A program made the position numbers and the translations under genes. This document shows, one piece after another, positions 11,147 through 21,139 of a DNA stretch of 64,000 bases. This DNA comes from Candidatus Multivoradales bacterium (lineage in GTDB: Bacteria; Acidobacteriota; Thermoanaerobaculia; Multivoradales; Multivoraceae). The notes beneath the pieces are model-generated. The model saw nothing but the letters and a program-made list of their open reading frames with translations. It was not told the DNA's origin and did not search any database. Positions within the stretch are counted from its first letter, which is position 1; every line of letters begins with the position of its first letter. Location of the stretch: the NCBI GenBank assembly GCA_965223325.1, contig CBDCWI010000001.1:640001-704000 (forward strand). The letters run 5' to 3'.

Positions 11147-11680
11147 ATGTCTGAGCGCAACCACCCCACCAACACCAACACCCGTTCGCTACGAGGAGCC
11201 GCGGTTGCCGCTGCTCTGCTCCTCGCTCTCCTGGTCTCGCTGGCCACGATGCAATCGGTGAGCGCTCAGGCTGCCTCGCAGGGCCAGGCCGCCTCCGCGG
11301 GTGCGAGTGGCGCGCCCGATCCGAGTGACACCGAGGCGGCACGCGAGTGGGCGGCGCTGGTGCAGCGTGGTGCCTACCTGGCCAACCACGTTTCGATGTG
11401 CGTCGAATGCCATTCGCCGCGTGACCGCGAGGGCGACCTCCGCGGCGACCGCCTCTTCACGGGCGGCCCCATGCCGGTCACCAACCCCTTTGCCGGCGCG
11501 CGCTGGGCCTTTACCGCACCCAACCTGCGCCGGGTCCCGGGCTACACCCAGGATGAGTTCATCCACTTCATGGCCAGCGGCGAAACGCCCAACGGCACAG
11601 AGGCCCGCGGGCCCATGCCCCAGTTCCGCATGCAACCGCGAGACGCGCGCGCTTTGTGGGCCTACTTGTACTCGCTGTAG
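11147..11680 (+). CDS. Periplasmic mono-heme c-type cytochrome
   Basis: Signal peptide, RGAYL...CVECH heme motif, APNL, distal PMP Met. Confidence 0.9.
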   Translation: MSERNHPTNTNTRSLRGAAVAAALLLALLVSLATMQSVSAQAASQGQAASAGASGAPDPSDTEAAREWAALVQRGAYLANHVSMCVECHSPRDREGDLRGDRLFTGGPMPVTNPFAGARWAFTAPNLRRVPGYTQDEFIHFMASGETPNGTEARGPMPQFRMQPRDARALWAYLYSL

Positions 11681-11718
11681 CGGACCGAGAGCGGCCGCAG
11701 TCGAACAGCGCGGCGTCG

Positions 11719-13497
11719 CTAGCCGCCGCGACCGGCCAGCCACTTCCTGAGCTCTGCAGCCGACCAGGTGTTGATGCAGGCGTCTCGCCGTAGGGCGGCC
11801 CGGCGCGCGACCAGCACCCCGTAAGGGCGATACCCAAAGCCGACCTCGGAGTGGGCGTCGGTATTGATCGAGATCTTGCAGCCGGCGGCGACTGCCAGGC
11901 GCACGTGGGCGTCGCGAAGGTCGAGGCGGCGGGGGTTGGCGTTGATCTCGAGCGCCACATCGTTTCGCACGGCGCACTCGACGAGGGCGTCCATGTCGGG
12001 CTCGAGGCCTCGTCGTCGGCCGATGATGCGCCCCGTGGGGTGACCGAGAATGTCGACGTGTGGGTTGGAAAGAGCGCGCAGTAGACGCTGGGTGGCAGTC
12101 TCTCTGTCTTGTGACAAGGAGGCGTGAGGCGAGGCCACCACCAGGTCGAGTTCCGCCAGCAGATCGTCGGGGTAGTCGAGCGACCCATCGGGAAGAATGT
12201 CGACCTCGGAACCAGCCAAGAGCGCAATGGCCGCGTGGCGCTCGTTGGCCTCGCGAATGGCATCGGCATGTCTCCTCAGGCGATCGGCGTCGAGCCCGTT
12301 GGCGAGGACCGAGCTCACCGAATGGTCGGTGATCGCCAGAACTTTCATGCCCGCCGCAATCGCGGCTTCGGCAAGCGCGTCGATCTCGAGTTTGCCGTCC
12401 GACGCCACGGTATGGCTGTGGAGCTCGGCGATGAGGTCACCGCCCTCGATGAGATCGTCCGGTACCCCTGCCTCGCCGAGTTCGCCGCGGTCCTCGCGCA
12501 ACTCGGGCGGGATGTAGGTGAGGCCAAAGACCTCGTAGACTTCCTCCTCGCTGGCCGCCGCCAGGGGTTTGGCCCCCTGATCTTGCGGCCGCTCCTCGGT
12601 CCCTTCGAACAGCCCAAACTCGTTGAGATGTCGTTTCTGGCGAATGGCCAGAGCCCGCAGGCGCACGTTGTGCTCCTTCGAGCCGGTGAAGTACATGAGG
12701 GCCGCCCCCCAGACTTCGGGCGGCACAATGCGCAAATCGACCTGGACCGCAGTCCCCGATTCAAAGAAACGCACCGAGCACTTCCCGGGTCCTTTCGCTA
12801 AGACCTGCTCGACGCCGTCGAGATTGAGAAAGCAGTTTGCGACCGTCGCAATCGTCTCCTCGCCTCGGCAGGCAGCGAGGATGTCGATGTCACCGATGGT
12901 TTCGCGCCCGCGCCGCAGGCTGCCTGCCCAGGACGCCCGTTCGACACCTTCGATCGCCGAGAGCACGGCGGTGATCTTCTCGGCAATGGGCAGCGCCTTG
13001 CCAATCGGAATGCGGCCCCGGCTGCGGCTCGAGAAGTCGATCGCACGGCGGATGTTGTCGATCGTCTTCTGCCCCATGCGCGGCAGTTCGAGGAGCTCGG
13101 GGCTGTCGAGTGCGTCTTCGAGCTCTGCCAACGAGGTGATCGAGAGCTCCTTCCACATCGCTTTGACCGTCTTGGGTCCGAGGCCCGGAATGGAGAGAAT
13201 CTCGAAGAGACCCGCGGGAACTTTCTCGAGCATCTTCGTGTGATCGCTGATCTCGCCGCGATCGAAATGCTCGAGCAGCCGGCGGGCGGCGCCTGAGCCG
13301 ATATCGTCGATCGCCTGCAGGCGCTTGTCGGCGGTTGCGCGATCTTCGGCGATGAGGTCGTAGATGTTCTCGTCCATGTCGCGCAACCGACGCGCGACCC
13401 GCCGGTGGGAGTTGGCGCGAAACGAGTTGCCACCCTGCAGCTCGACGCCGGCAGCAAGTTGGTCGAAGAGTTGTTGAAGTTGTTTGTTCGTTGTCAC
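11719..13497 (-). CDS. polX: DNA polymerase X / PHP 3'-5' exonuclease
   Basis: HhH motifs, GSLRRGRETIGDIDIL, YFTGSKEHN, PHP motifs HSH, TDH, HPTGR, NTDAH. Confidence 0.95.
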   Translation of the reverse strand: MTTNKQLQQLFDQLAAGVELQGGNSFRANSHRRVARRLRDMDENIYDLIAEDRATADKRLQAIDDIGSGAARRLLEHFDRGEISDHTKMLEKVPAGLFEILSIPGLGPKTVKAMWKELSITSLAELEDALDSPELLELPRMGQKTIDNIRRAIDFSSRSRGRIPIGKALPIAEKITAVLSAIEGVERASWAGSLRRGRETIGDIDILAACRGEETIATVANCFLNLDGVEQVLAKGPGKCSVRFFESGTAVQVDLRIVPPEVWGAALMYFTGSKEHNVRLRALAIRQKRHLNEFGLFEGTEERPQDQGAKPLAAASEEEVYEVFGLTYIPPELREDRGELGEAGVPDDLIEGGDLIAELHSHTVASDGKLEIDALAEAAIAAGMKVLAITDHSVSSVLANGLDADRLRRHADAIREANERHAAIALLAGSEVDILPDGSLDYPDDLLAELDLVVASPHASLSQDRETATQRLLRALSNPHVDILGHPTGRIIGRRRGLEPDMDALVECAVRNDVALEINANPRRLDLRDAHVRLAVAAGCKISINTDAHSEVGFGYRPYGVLVARRAALRRDACINTWSAAELRKWLAGRGG

Positions 13498-13539
13498 GCC
13501 CGTCGCCCCCTGTACCAGTTCCTCATCACGACCGCACGC

Positions 13540-14238
13540 CTACTCGAGCAGCCGGTGATGTTGGCCGTGCAAAGCTCGGAAAAAGGGAACCTGGTGTTCG
13601 GTACGAAGCTCCCCGTGGCGGTCCAGCATGGCCCGGATCTCGGCCAGGATGGCGCGCGTGATGTTGGGGGTCTCGAGTGCCTCGGCGTCTCCAAAGGAGA
13701 CCCAGCTCGTCTCCCCCAGCTCTCCAGTGCCCGAAAGCGCGCCGTCGGTGTGCTTGGCATCGGCAACGAAAAAGCGTGCATCAAAACGCTTCGGGCGGTA
13801 CGGCGGCGTGATCGCTCGCGCAAGGTAGTGCAGATGGCCCAGGGCTGGCAGCTGACCCTGATCGAGGAATCCCTGCCACTCACGACGAACGCGCGAGGGA
13901 ACCTCTCCCGGCACCGCGAGACGAAGCCCGGTTTCCTCCCAGGTCTCACGCACCGCGGCGATTCCCAGAGCCCGTGCCCGATGCGATGAGCAACCACACT
14001 CGAGGCGTCGCCGCACAGCGGTCCTGAGATCTGACGCATAGGGCGTGTAGCCATCGGCCCGATCGACTCGCCCGCCGGGGAAAATCCACAGATCCGACCA
14101 CTGATCACGGATCCGGCGTCTCCCCATCAGCACGCACGGCTGGCCTCCTTCAAAGCGCACCAGCACCATCGTCGCCGCGTCGCGGGGACGGCTCGCCCGG
14201 CGGTGCCCCCTGGTTGTCGCCTGCACCTGCTTCGCCAT
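13540..14238 (-). CDS. NUDIX hydrolase (split Nudix box, Nudt19-like)
   Basis: PRDAAT, FPGGRVD...AAVRETWEETG, ITPP..KRFDARFF; start set at MAKQVQ. Confidence 0.85.
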   Translation of the reverse strand: MAKQVQATTRGHRRASRPRDAATMVLVRFEGGQPCVLMGRRRIRDQWSDLWIFPGGRVDRADGYTPYASDLRTAVRRRLECGCSSHRARALGIAAVRETWEETGLRLAVPGEVPSRVRREWQGFLDQGQLPALGHLHYLARAITPPYRPKRFDARFFVADAKHTDGALSGTGELGETSWVSFGDAEALETPNITRAILAEIRAMLDRHGELRTEHQVPFFRALHGQHHRLLE

Positions 14239-14298
14239 CCCTAGGATGATAGTCGGATGGTTGAGCACCCCGGGGCAGGGTTGTGAGATCGTCGTTGA

Positions 14299-15333
14299 AT
14301 GGCCCTCAGTTTCAACGTGTCGGTTCTCGAACTCGAGACCACGATCCCCTTCCACACCGCCCGAGCTGGCGGTGCAATCTGGCACAACGTCCTCCTCGAG
14401 CTCACCTCGGGCGGGTTCACCGGCCGCGGTGAAGCGGCACCGCGACCGTTCTACGGCGAAAGCCCCGAGAAAGTGCGTAAGGCCATCATTCGTGCCCTTC
14501 GGCCCCTCGCCTCGACCGAAGAACTGACCGCTGGCTACCTCCAAGACGTCGGAGAACACTCGCGAGCCGCGCAGTGCGCGCTCGACACCGCGCGGCTCGA
14601 CCTCCTCGCGCAGCGTGAAGGCATGCCCCTCCACACCTTCCTGGCAGAGCAATTCGGATTTCGAGATCGCACGCTTCCGGCAACCAGCATGACCGTCGGC
14701 CTCGACGAGCCCGAGACAATGGCGGCCACCGCAACCGGTTTCGGTGACTGGCCGATCCTCAAGATCAAACTCGACAACTCGCGACCGATCGAGACGCTCC
14801 GAGCCATTCGCTCGGTCAGCGAGGCAACTCTGCGGGTCGACGGCAACACTGCCTGGACGGCGAACCAGGTCCTGGAATTGTCCCCGGTCTTTGAAGAAAC
14901 CGGCGTCGACCTCCTCGAGCAGCCGCTCGCGGCCACCGACCATGCGGGGCTCGAGGCACTCTTCGGCAACCTCCCGATGGCGCTCTATATCGACGAGAGC
15001 GTGACCGGGCCGCAAGACGTAACCCAGCTGGCCGGTTGCGTCGACGGGGTCAACCTCAAGCTCGCGAAATGTGGCGGGCCGACCCGGACTTTCGAATGTG
15101 TCGAGCGCGCCCGCGAGCACGGCCTGGGCGTAATGCTCGGCTGCTTCGTCGAGTCGTCGGTTGCCATCGCCGCGGCGGCGGCGCTCGGCGGCGCAGTGGA
15201 CCATCTCGACCTCGATGGCTCGATGTTGCTGCGACGGGACCCGTACCAGGGCCTCGAGATCTCAGCCGGCGCCATGGCTCGATCCAGCGCCCCCGGCCTC
15301 GGTCTCGTGGCCGCACCCGTAACGTCCGGCTAG
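14299..15333 (+). CDS. Dipeptide (L-Ala-D/L-Glu) epimerase, enolase superfamily
   Basis: GRGEA, KIK, RVDGN, EQP, DES, NLKLAKCGG, DLD motifs. Confidence 0.88.
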   Translation: MALSFNVSVLELETTIPFHTARAGGAIWHNVLLELTSGGFTGRGEAAPRPFYGESPEKVRKAIIRALRPLASTEELTAGYLQDVGEHSRAAQCALDTARLDLLAQREGMPLHTFLAEQFGFRDRTLPATSMTVGLDEPETMAATATGFGDWPILKIKLDNSRPIETLRAIRSVSEATLRVDGNTAWTANQVLELSPVFEETGVDLLEQPLAATDHAGLEALFGNLPMALYIDESVTGPQDVTQLAGCVDGVNLKLAKCGGPTRTFECVERAREHGLGVMLGCFVESSVAIAAAAALGGAVDHLDLDGSMLLRRDPYQGLEISAGAMARSSAPGLGLVAAPVTSG

Positions 15334-15570
15334 CGGCCGAGCAGTGCTCGAACCGCGGCGCTCAGGAAGATAGGGTTGAGGGTCTAGCGCGTGGTGCTCT
15401 TGGGCACTCCTCTACCGTGGCGGCAGCGTCTCAGAGAAGCGAGTGCTCTGCGCCATGCGCAGCAAGCTCTGCGACTCCGCAAACCTCGAACCTTGCGCAA
15501 GGTTCTAAGAGGACAAGACATCCAAGACGACATCTACAGGAGTCGTCTCCCCCCAAAGGTCCAGTCAGCC

Positions 15571-17382
15571 ATGACCACCAAAGCCAAAGACGCCTCCCTG
15601 GCCGCCCCTCCCGGCGGTTCCTTCCTTCTGCAGTCTCTCCACGAAGGCGAGATCCTCACCCCCAGCCTGCTGACCGACGAGCAGCGTGCGATCGGAGATG
15701 TCGCGAGACGCCTGGAAGAAACCGAGATTTTGCCGATCATCGATCGCCTCGAAGCCAAGGAGCCAGGCCTGATGCGCAAGATGCTCGAGCGTGCTGGTGA
15801 ACTCGGTCTCCTGATGATCTCGATCCCCGAGGAGTACGGCGGGCTCGGGCAAGGCAAGGCGACCATGATGCTGGCCACCGAATCGTTCAGCCGCTCCGCC
15901 AGCTTCGCGGTCTCGGTCGGCGCCCACGTCGGCATCGGCACCCTGCCCCTGGTCTACTTCGGAACCGACGAGCAAAAACAGCGCTACCTGCCCCGCCTGG
16001 CCACCGGTGAGTGGATCGCCGCCTACGCCCTCACCGAGCCCGACTCCGGCTCCGACGCCCTCGCCGCCCGCACCACGGCCACCCATTCAGAGGACAAAAA
16101 GCACTACGTTCTAAACGGTAGCAAGCAGTGGATCACCAACGCCGGCTTCGCCGACCTGTTCGTGGTCTTCGCCCAGCTCGAAGACGCCGGCTTCAGCGCC
16201 TTCCTCGTCGAGCGCACTTTCGACGGTCTCGCCGTCGGTCCCGAAGAGCACAAACACGGCATCCGCGGCTCCTCCACCTGCGCTCTAACCTTCGAAGACG
16301 TTCATGTACCGGCCGAGAATCTCCTCGGTGAGCCGGGCGAGGCCCACCGCATCGCCTTCAACATCCTGAACGTCGGTCGTGCCCGCCTGGGCGTCGGCAC
16401 CCTGGGAGGAGCCAAAGCCGCCCTCGACCTCGCGACCACCTACGGCAGCCAACGCCAGCAGTTCGGCAAGGCACTCACCGAGTTCGGCCTCATCCGCAAC
16501 AAGCTCGCTGAGATCACCAGCCGCGTCTTCGCCGGCGAAGCCCTCTCCTACCGTACTGCGGGAATGATGGATGCGAAGTACGACGCGCTGGTCGAAGAAG
16601 GCAAAGACCCCGGCAACGAAGCGACCCAGGCCGCGGTCGAGGAGTACGCCATCGAGGCGTCGCTGATGAAGGTCTACGGCAGCGAAGCGCTCGACTTCGC
16701 CACCGACGAGGCTCAGCAGATCCACGGCGGCTACGGCTACATGACCGAGTACGAGATCGAACGCGCCGTACGCGACGCCCGCATCAATCGAATCTTCGAG
16801 GGCACCAACGAGATCAACCGCCTACTCCTGGTGGGCACACTGCTCAAGCGCGCCATGCGTCAGCAGATTCCCCTACTTGCAGCGGTCGCCGAAGTCGAAG
16901 CCGCCCTGGCGAGCGGCAACGAGCCACCGGCACCCCAAACCACTCCTTGGCTAGAGGGCCTCGAGATCGACATCGAACGCATGCGCAACGCCGCCCTGGT
17001 AGCCACCGCCCACGCCGTCAGAACCCACGGCATGGCCATCGAAGAACAACAGGCCACCCTCGCCGCCATCGCCGACATGCTCATCGACATCTACGCCGCC
17101 GACTCCGCCACCCGCCGCACCCTCCAACGCGGCGGAAAAGACAAGAGCGGACCGCAGGCCGACCTCTTCCTCGACTGCACCACCGTCTTCACCGCCCAGG
17201 CCAGAACCCGCGTCTTCACCAACGCCCGCAACATAATCTGCGCCGCCCTCGAAGCCGACGCCCAGAGCGCCGCCCTGGCCCAGGTCGACCGACTAGACCA
17301 ACAAGACCCCTTCGACCTCTTCGCCGCCCGCGAGCGAATCGCCAAAGAAGTCATTGCTAAAGAAGGCTGGCCCATCCGCTAG
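15571..17382 (+). CDS. Acyl-CoA dehydrogenase (long form, FadE/ACAD9-like)
   Basis: YALTEPDSGSDA, NGSKQWITN, QIHGGYG, RIFEGTNEINR; start set at MTTKAK. Confidence 0.93.
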   Translation: MTTKAKDASLAAPPGGSFLLQSLHEGEILTPSLLTDEQRAIGDVARRLEETEILPIIDRLEAKEPGLMRKMLERAGELGLLMISIPEEYGGLGQGKATMMLATESFSRSASFAVSVGAHVGIGTLPLVYFGTDEQKQRYLPRLATGEWIAAYALTEPDSGSDALAARTTATHSEDKKHYVLNGSKQWITNAGFADLFVVFAQLEDAGFSAFLVERTFDGLAVGPEEHKHGIRGSSTCALTFEDVHVPAENLLGEPGEAHRIAFNILNVGRARLGVGTLGGAKAALDLATTYGSQRQQFGKALTEFGLIRNKLAEITSRVFAGEALSYRTAGMMDAKYDALVEEGKDPGNEATQAAVEEYAIEASLMKVYGSEALDFATDEAQQIHGGYGYMTEYEIERAVRDARINRIFEGTNEINRLLLVGTLLKRAMRQQIPLLAAVAEVEAALASGNEPPAPQTTPWLEGLEIDIERMRNAALVATAHAVRTHGMAIEEQQATLAAIADMLIDIYAADSATRRTLQRGGKDKSGPQADLFLDCTTVFTAQARTRVFTNARNIICAALEADAQSAALAQVDRLDQQDPFDLFAARERIAKEVIAKEGWPIR

Positions 17383-17397
17383 GAAGCCCCCTTAGAC

Positions 17398-17490
17398 CCG
17401 CGAAATCCCAGAACCACCCCAGTCAATTGCCCGGGAAGCGCCCGGGAATTGCCCGGGAATTGCCCGGGAGTCGCCCGGCGTGGGCCCGGC
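17398..17490 (+). repeat. Dispersed intergenic repeat copy 1 (REP/MITE-like)
   Basis: AATCCCAGAACCACCCCAGTCAATT head then six GCCCGG units at 11-bp period (17429-17484); homologous copies at 33365 and 38514. Confidence 0.85.
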
Positions 17491-17631
17491 ACGAGTCTCC
17501 TCTGCTCTTCTCCACAAGCGCCAAGGCATCTCCAAGATCAGACTTGAATTTACGCCTCATTTGTGCCACGATCGTTCCCCTCTTCAACCCTAGACCACCT
17601 GAAGCCTCCAGCCCACCAGGAGCCCCAACCG

Positions 17632-18810
17632 ATGGCCGACCCAATCACCCCAATCACCCCAATCACCCCAGTCTCCCCAACCCCCCACACTGCACCCGAG
17701 ACTGCCCTGGCCATGCCTCCGCTCCAGACAGACCCTGAGCAACACGCCCTACCCCCACGGAGCCAGAAAACCAGAGGCCGGGGCGCCGTGATGAACCCCA
17801 GCAACCGGTTTGAGTCGAGATCCATCGAACCTCTGCCACTCGCCAACGGCTCCGGAGACCAACAACGCCCACCGACGCTCTACCTCGAAGATTCAACCCG
17901 CAGCATCATCAGCACCAACCAAAGCCCAGACATCGGGTTTGACAAGAGCCTCAACCCCTACCGCGGCTGCGAACACGGCTGCGCCTACTGCTACGCCCGC
18001 CCTACGCACGAATACCTCGGTTTTTCCCCCGGCCTCGAGTTCGAAACCCGCATTCTGGTCAAGCACCGCGCACCAGAACTGCTCGCAGAGGCCTTCTCGA
18101 CACCGGGCTACGAGCCCTCCCCTTTGGCCCTCTCTGGCGTCACCGACGCCTACCAGCCGATCGAGCGTCGGCTCGAAATCACCCGCCGTTGTCTGATGGT
18201 GCTGGCCGAGCATCGCCACCCCGTCCTCATCGTCACCAAGAACCGCCTGGTCACCAGGGACCTTCTGCTGCTCAAACGACTCGCCAGAGAGAACGCAGCC
18301 GCCGTCTTCATCTCGCTGACCACCCTCGACCCCGAGCTCTCACGCACCCTCGAACCGCGCGCCTCGAGTCCCACCGGCCGCCTCGCCGCCATGCGCGAGC
18401 TCAGTGCGGCCGGCATTCCGGTTGGGGTCATGGTCGCCCCCGTCATCCCGGCCCTCAACGATCAGGAGATACCCACCCTCTTGCGCGCCGCCGCCGACGC
18501 CGGTGCGTCGACCGCCCGCTGGGTCCTCTTGCGCCTCCCCTACAGTCTGCGCGAGCAGTTCGAGGCCTGGCTCCGGGTCCACTTCCCGCACCGAGCCGAG
18601 CGGGTTCTGAGCCGCATCGGCCAACTGCGCAGCGGCCAACTCAATGACCCCCAGTTCGGCTCACGCATGCGGGGAACCGGACCCTGGGCTGACCACCTGA
18701 GCCAGCTGTTTGAAACCAGCTGCAGGCGCTGCGGCCTCGACCGCGACCCGGTCGATCTTTCGAGTGAGTCGTTCAGGCGACCCGGCGGGGTGCAACTCAA
18801 GCTGCTCTGA
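17632..18810 (+). CDS. PA0069-family radical SAM protein (SPL-like)
   Basis: RGRGA..NP..RF, SLNPYRGCEHGCAYCYARPTHEY, TDAYQP, C-terminal QLKL; AGGAG before ATG 17632 (a later start is possible). Confidence 0.92.
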   Translation: MADPITPITPITPVSPTPHTAPETALAMPPLQTDPEQHALPPRSQKTRGRGAVMNPSNRFESRSIEPLPLANGSGDQQRPPTLYLEDSTRSIISTNQSPDIGFDKSLNPYRGCEHGCAYCYARPTHEYLGFSPGLEFETRILVKHRAPELLAEAFSTPGYEPSPLALSGVTDAYQPIERRLEITRRCLMVLAEHRHPVLIVTKNRLVTRDLLLLKRLARENAAAVFISLTTLDPELSRTLEPRASSPTGRLAAMRELSAAGIPVGVMVAPVIPALNDQEIPTLLRAAADAGASTARWVLLRLPYSLREQFEAWLRVHFPHRAERVLSRIGQLRSGQLNDPQFGSRMRGTGPWADHLSQLFETSCRRCGLDRDPVDLSSESFRRPGGVQLKLL

Positions 18811-19237
18811 AGCTGCCGCGGAACGCTCCCCGAGCCGCCTTCGAGAGCCCATCGACCCTCTATTTCTGTAGGCCGAAGCCGATCTAGCCGCCCGCGGCAT
18901 CGTAGGGTATGCTTCTGCCTCGATTCGAACGCATTCGGCGTCGCCGGTAGTGCACCCTCTCCAAGGCACTTTGGATCTGCCTGGTTCTCGAACGACCCAT
19001 CTAGCGTTCAGGAACCGCGGCTGGCAGAGCCTGGAAACGACGAGTCCGCAGAATCGGTCCATCGATCGAAAACCTGAGTCGAGTCGCGACGACAAACGTA
19101 CGCGGCACATCTGGCCCGGGGGCCCTGAGAGGGCGCCGCTTTCGGTTGTTCCACAAGACTCGAGAGAAGGCAAACACCTTCAAGAGGTGCGCGCGCGGCT
19201 CGTTTGGCGGGCGGCTAGAGCGCACAGGAGAGAATCA

Positions 19238-19837
19238 GTGAAGTTCAACGGACCCAAAGTCAAACTTTCTCGCAAGCTCGGCGTCGCCCTCAGCGACAAG
19301 GCCGCCCGTTACATGGAGCGCAAGGGTTATCCGCCCGGCATGCACGGCATGAAGCGTCGCCGTCGCCAGAGCAACTACGGCCGCCAGCTACTCGAGAAGC
19401 AGCGCCTGCGTTTCCAGTACAACGTCAGCGAGCGGCAAATGCGCACCTACTACAAGCGCTCGACCCGCATGAAGGGCGTCACCGGTGACAACCTGGTAGG
19501 CCTGCTCGAAACGCGTCTCGACGCCCTCGTCCAGCGCGCTGGCTTCGCGCCATCGATCTTCGCCGCCCGCCAGATGGTCGGCCACGGCCATCTCGCCGTG
19601 AACGGGCAGCGCGTCAACGTGCCGTCCTACCAATGCCGGCCCGGCGACAGCATCGAAGTGCGCGAGCGCAGCAAGAAGCTCCGTATCTTCAACGAGCCCT
19701 CGGCTTCCGGGGCAGTCCCGGGCTACATCGATGTCGACTCCTCGGGCTACAAGTTCAGCCTCGTGGCAACGCCGCGGCGCGACGAAGTGCCCGTGATCTG
19801 CGAGGTTCCGCTGGTCGTCGAGTTCTACTCGCGCTAG
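19238..19837 (+). CDS. rpsD: 30S ribosomal protein S4 (stand-alone, no Zn ribbon)
   Basis: YPPGMHG, SNYGRQLLEKQRLR, LETRLD, ARQMVGHGH, VNVPSY, VVEFYSR; GTG start after AGGAG. Confidence 0.97.
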   Translation: MKFNGPKVKLSRKLGVALSDKAARYMERKGYPPGMHGMKRRRRQSNYGRQLLEKQRLRFQYNVSERQMRTYYKRSTRMKGVTGDNLVGLLETRLDALVQRAGFAPSIFAARQMVGHGHLAVNGQRVNVPSYQCRPGDSIEVRERSKKLRIFNEPSASGAVPGYIDVDSSGYKFSLVATPRRDEVPVICEVPLVVEFYSR

Positions 19838-20144
19838 TACCCAGCCCGGGCGCACGTGCGCGAACTCTCGTTAGCGGCCCATTGCTCACGAGCCACCGCG
19901 TCCGGCGCTCACCCTCGGAATACCGAGAAGCGAGCCATCCTCTGCTAGAATCTACCACTCCGTCCCCGATTCTTGCGGCATTTGACGAACCGGGAATTGA
20001 TGTGTCTTCCCTCGGGTTCAGAGCATTGAGCCTCCCCGCCGCCAACTATCGGTCACCGACGAGGCCAAGCCTTCGCTCGCCGAGAGCGAGACTCGTCTCA
20101 GTCAACGCCACCCCTTCAGGGGCCACCTCTCCAAGGAGAGAGTA

Positions 20145-20900
20145 TTGTCCGCTCTTCAAGTCGCTGCCGCGAACCGTCGCGCCTCAAGCCTGACTCTCGT
20201 CTTGCCGCTGGTGCTCGCCAGCCCACTCTTCGTCGCCCCGGCCGCCTCAGCCTCCAGCTCGATCACCGGCCAGGTGCAATACGACGGCGCGGCCTTTCGG
20301 CAACGTGCCATTCGCATGAGCGCCGACCCTCAGTGTGAGGCGCTGCGCGAAGGCGAGCGGGTCACCGCCCAGGACCGCCTGGTGTCGGAGAACGGTGGCG
20401 TCGCCAACGTGTTTGTCTACGTCGACAACGCACCGGCCGCCACCGAGACCCCCAGCGAGCCGGTCACCCTGGGCCAGCAGGGCTGCATGTACACCCCGCG
20501 GGTGTTTGGCATTCGAGTCAACCAGACCCTCGAAATCTCCAATTCCGACCCGGTGCTCCACAACGTGCGCTGTCTCGCGCGCGACAACCGGCCGTTCAAC
20601 ATCGGGCAGCCAGCGGCGACCAAACCGCGTCAGAAGACGTTCCAGAAGGCCGAAAAGGCCGTCAGGTTCAAGTGCGACGTCCATCCCTGGATGGAAGCGA
20701 TCATCTTCGTGATGGAGCACGACTTCTGGGCTGTGACCGACGGCGACGGCAAGTTCTCGATTCCTGGTCTACCGGCGGGCACGTACAAGGTCGTCGCCTG
20801 GCACGAGACCTTTGGTGAACAGGAGGCCGAGGTGAACGTCGATGGCAGTGGCGCTGCCACCCTCGACTTCTCCTACTCCGAGGCACGCGCGGAAGGTTGA
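20145..20900 (+). CDS. Secreted cupredoxin-like / carboxypeptidase-regulatory-like domain protein
   Basis: Signal peptide; QQGCMYTP, NSDPVLHNV, KCDVHPWM (H-C-H-M Cu-type ligands), GTYKVVAWHE; TTG after AAGGAG. Confidence 0.75.
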   Translation: MSALQVAAANRRASSLTLVLPLVLASPLFVAPAASASSSITGQVQYDGAAFRQRAIRMSADPQCEALREGERVTAQDRLVSENGGVANVFVYVDNAPAATETPSEPVTLGQQGCMYTPRVFGIRVNQTLEISNSDPVLHNVRCLARDNRPFNIGQPAATKPRQKTFQKAEKAVRFKCDVHPWMEAIIFVMEHDFWAVTDGDGKFSIPGLPAGTYKVVAWHETFGEQEAEVNVDGSGAATLDFSYSEARAEG

Positions 20901-21139
20901 TTGACACCTCGCGCCTCTCCAAGCCCGCTTTGTCTTTGGCCCCGATCTTCCATGGCCGCTGCCCTTCCCCTGCCCTCCCATCAGCTGCTCTCAACGACTC
21001 CCAAGCCTTCAGGAAGCCGCGCTCGTCGTAGCCATCCGGAGGCGCCGTGTCCCCTCACCGGGGTCATCCCACTAAGAACGCCTGCGCTCGGTCACTTCGA
21101 GCGACCGATGCGGGCGAAGAGAACGAAAGGAAACATCAA

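Noticed and set aside
14239-15204. N-terminal extension making the NUDIX ORF 554 aa
   Set aside because: It is the antisense shadow of the epimerase; a -10 box supports the 14238 start
17398-17490. CRISPR array
   Set aside because: Units are 11 bp with no unique spacers; no cas genes
11719-18810. polX + NUDIX + radical SAM as a DNA-repair or defence island
   Set aside because: Separated by unrelated metabolic genes on different strands; no SOS-like box or mobility genes seen
19168-19200. GGCAAAC-hairpin resembling a c-di-GMP-I riboswitch
   Set aside because: No GNRA tetraloop, no GCAAAGC junction and no P2 receptor
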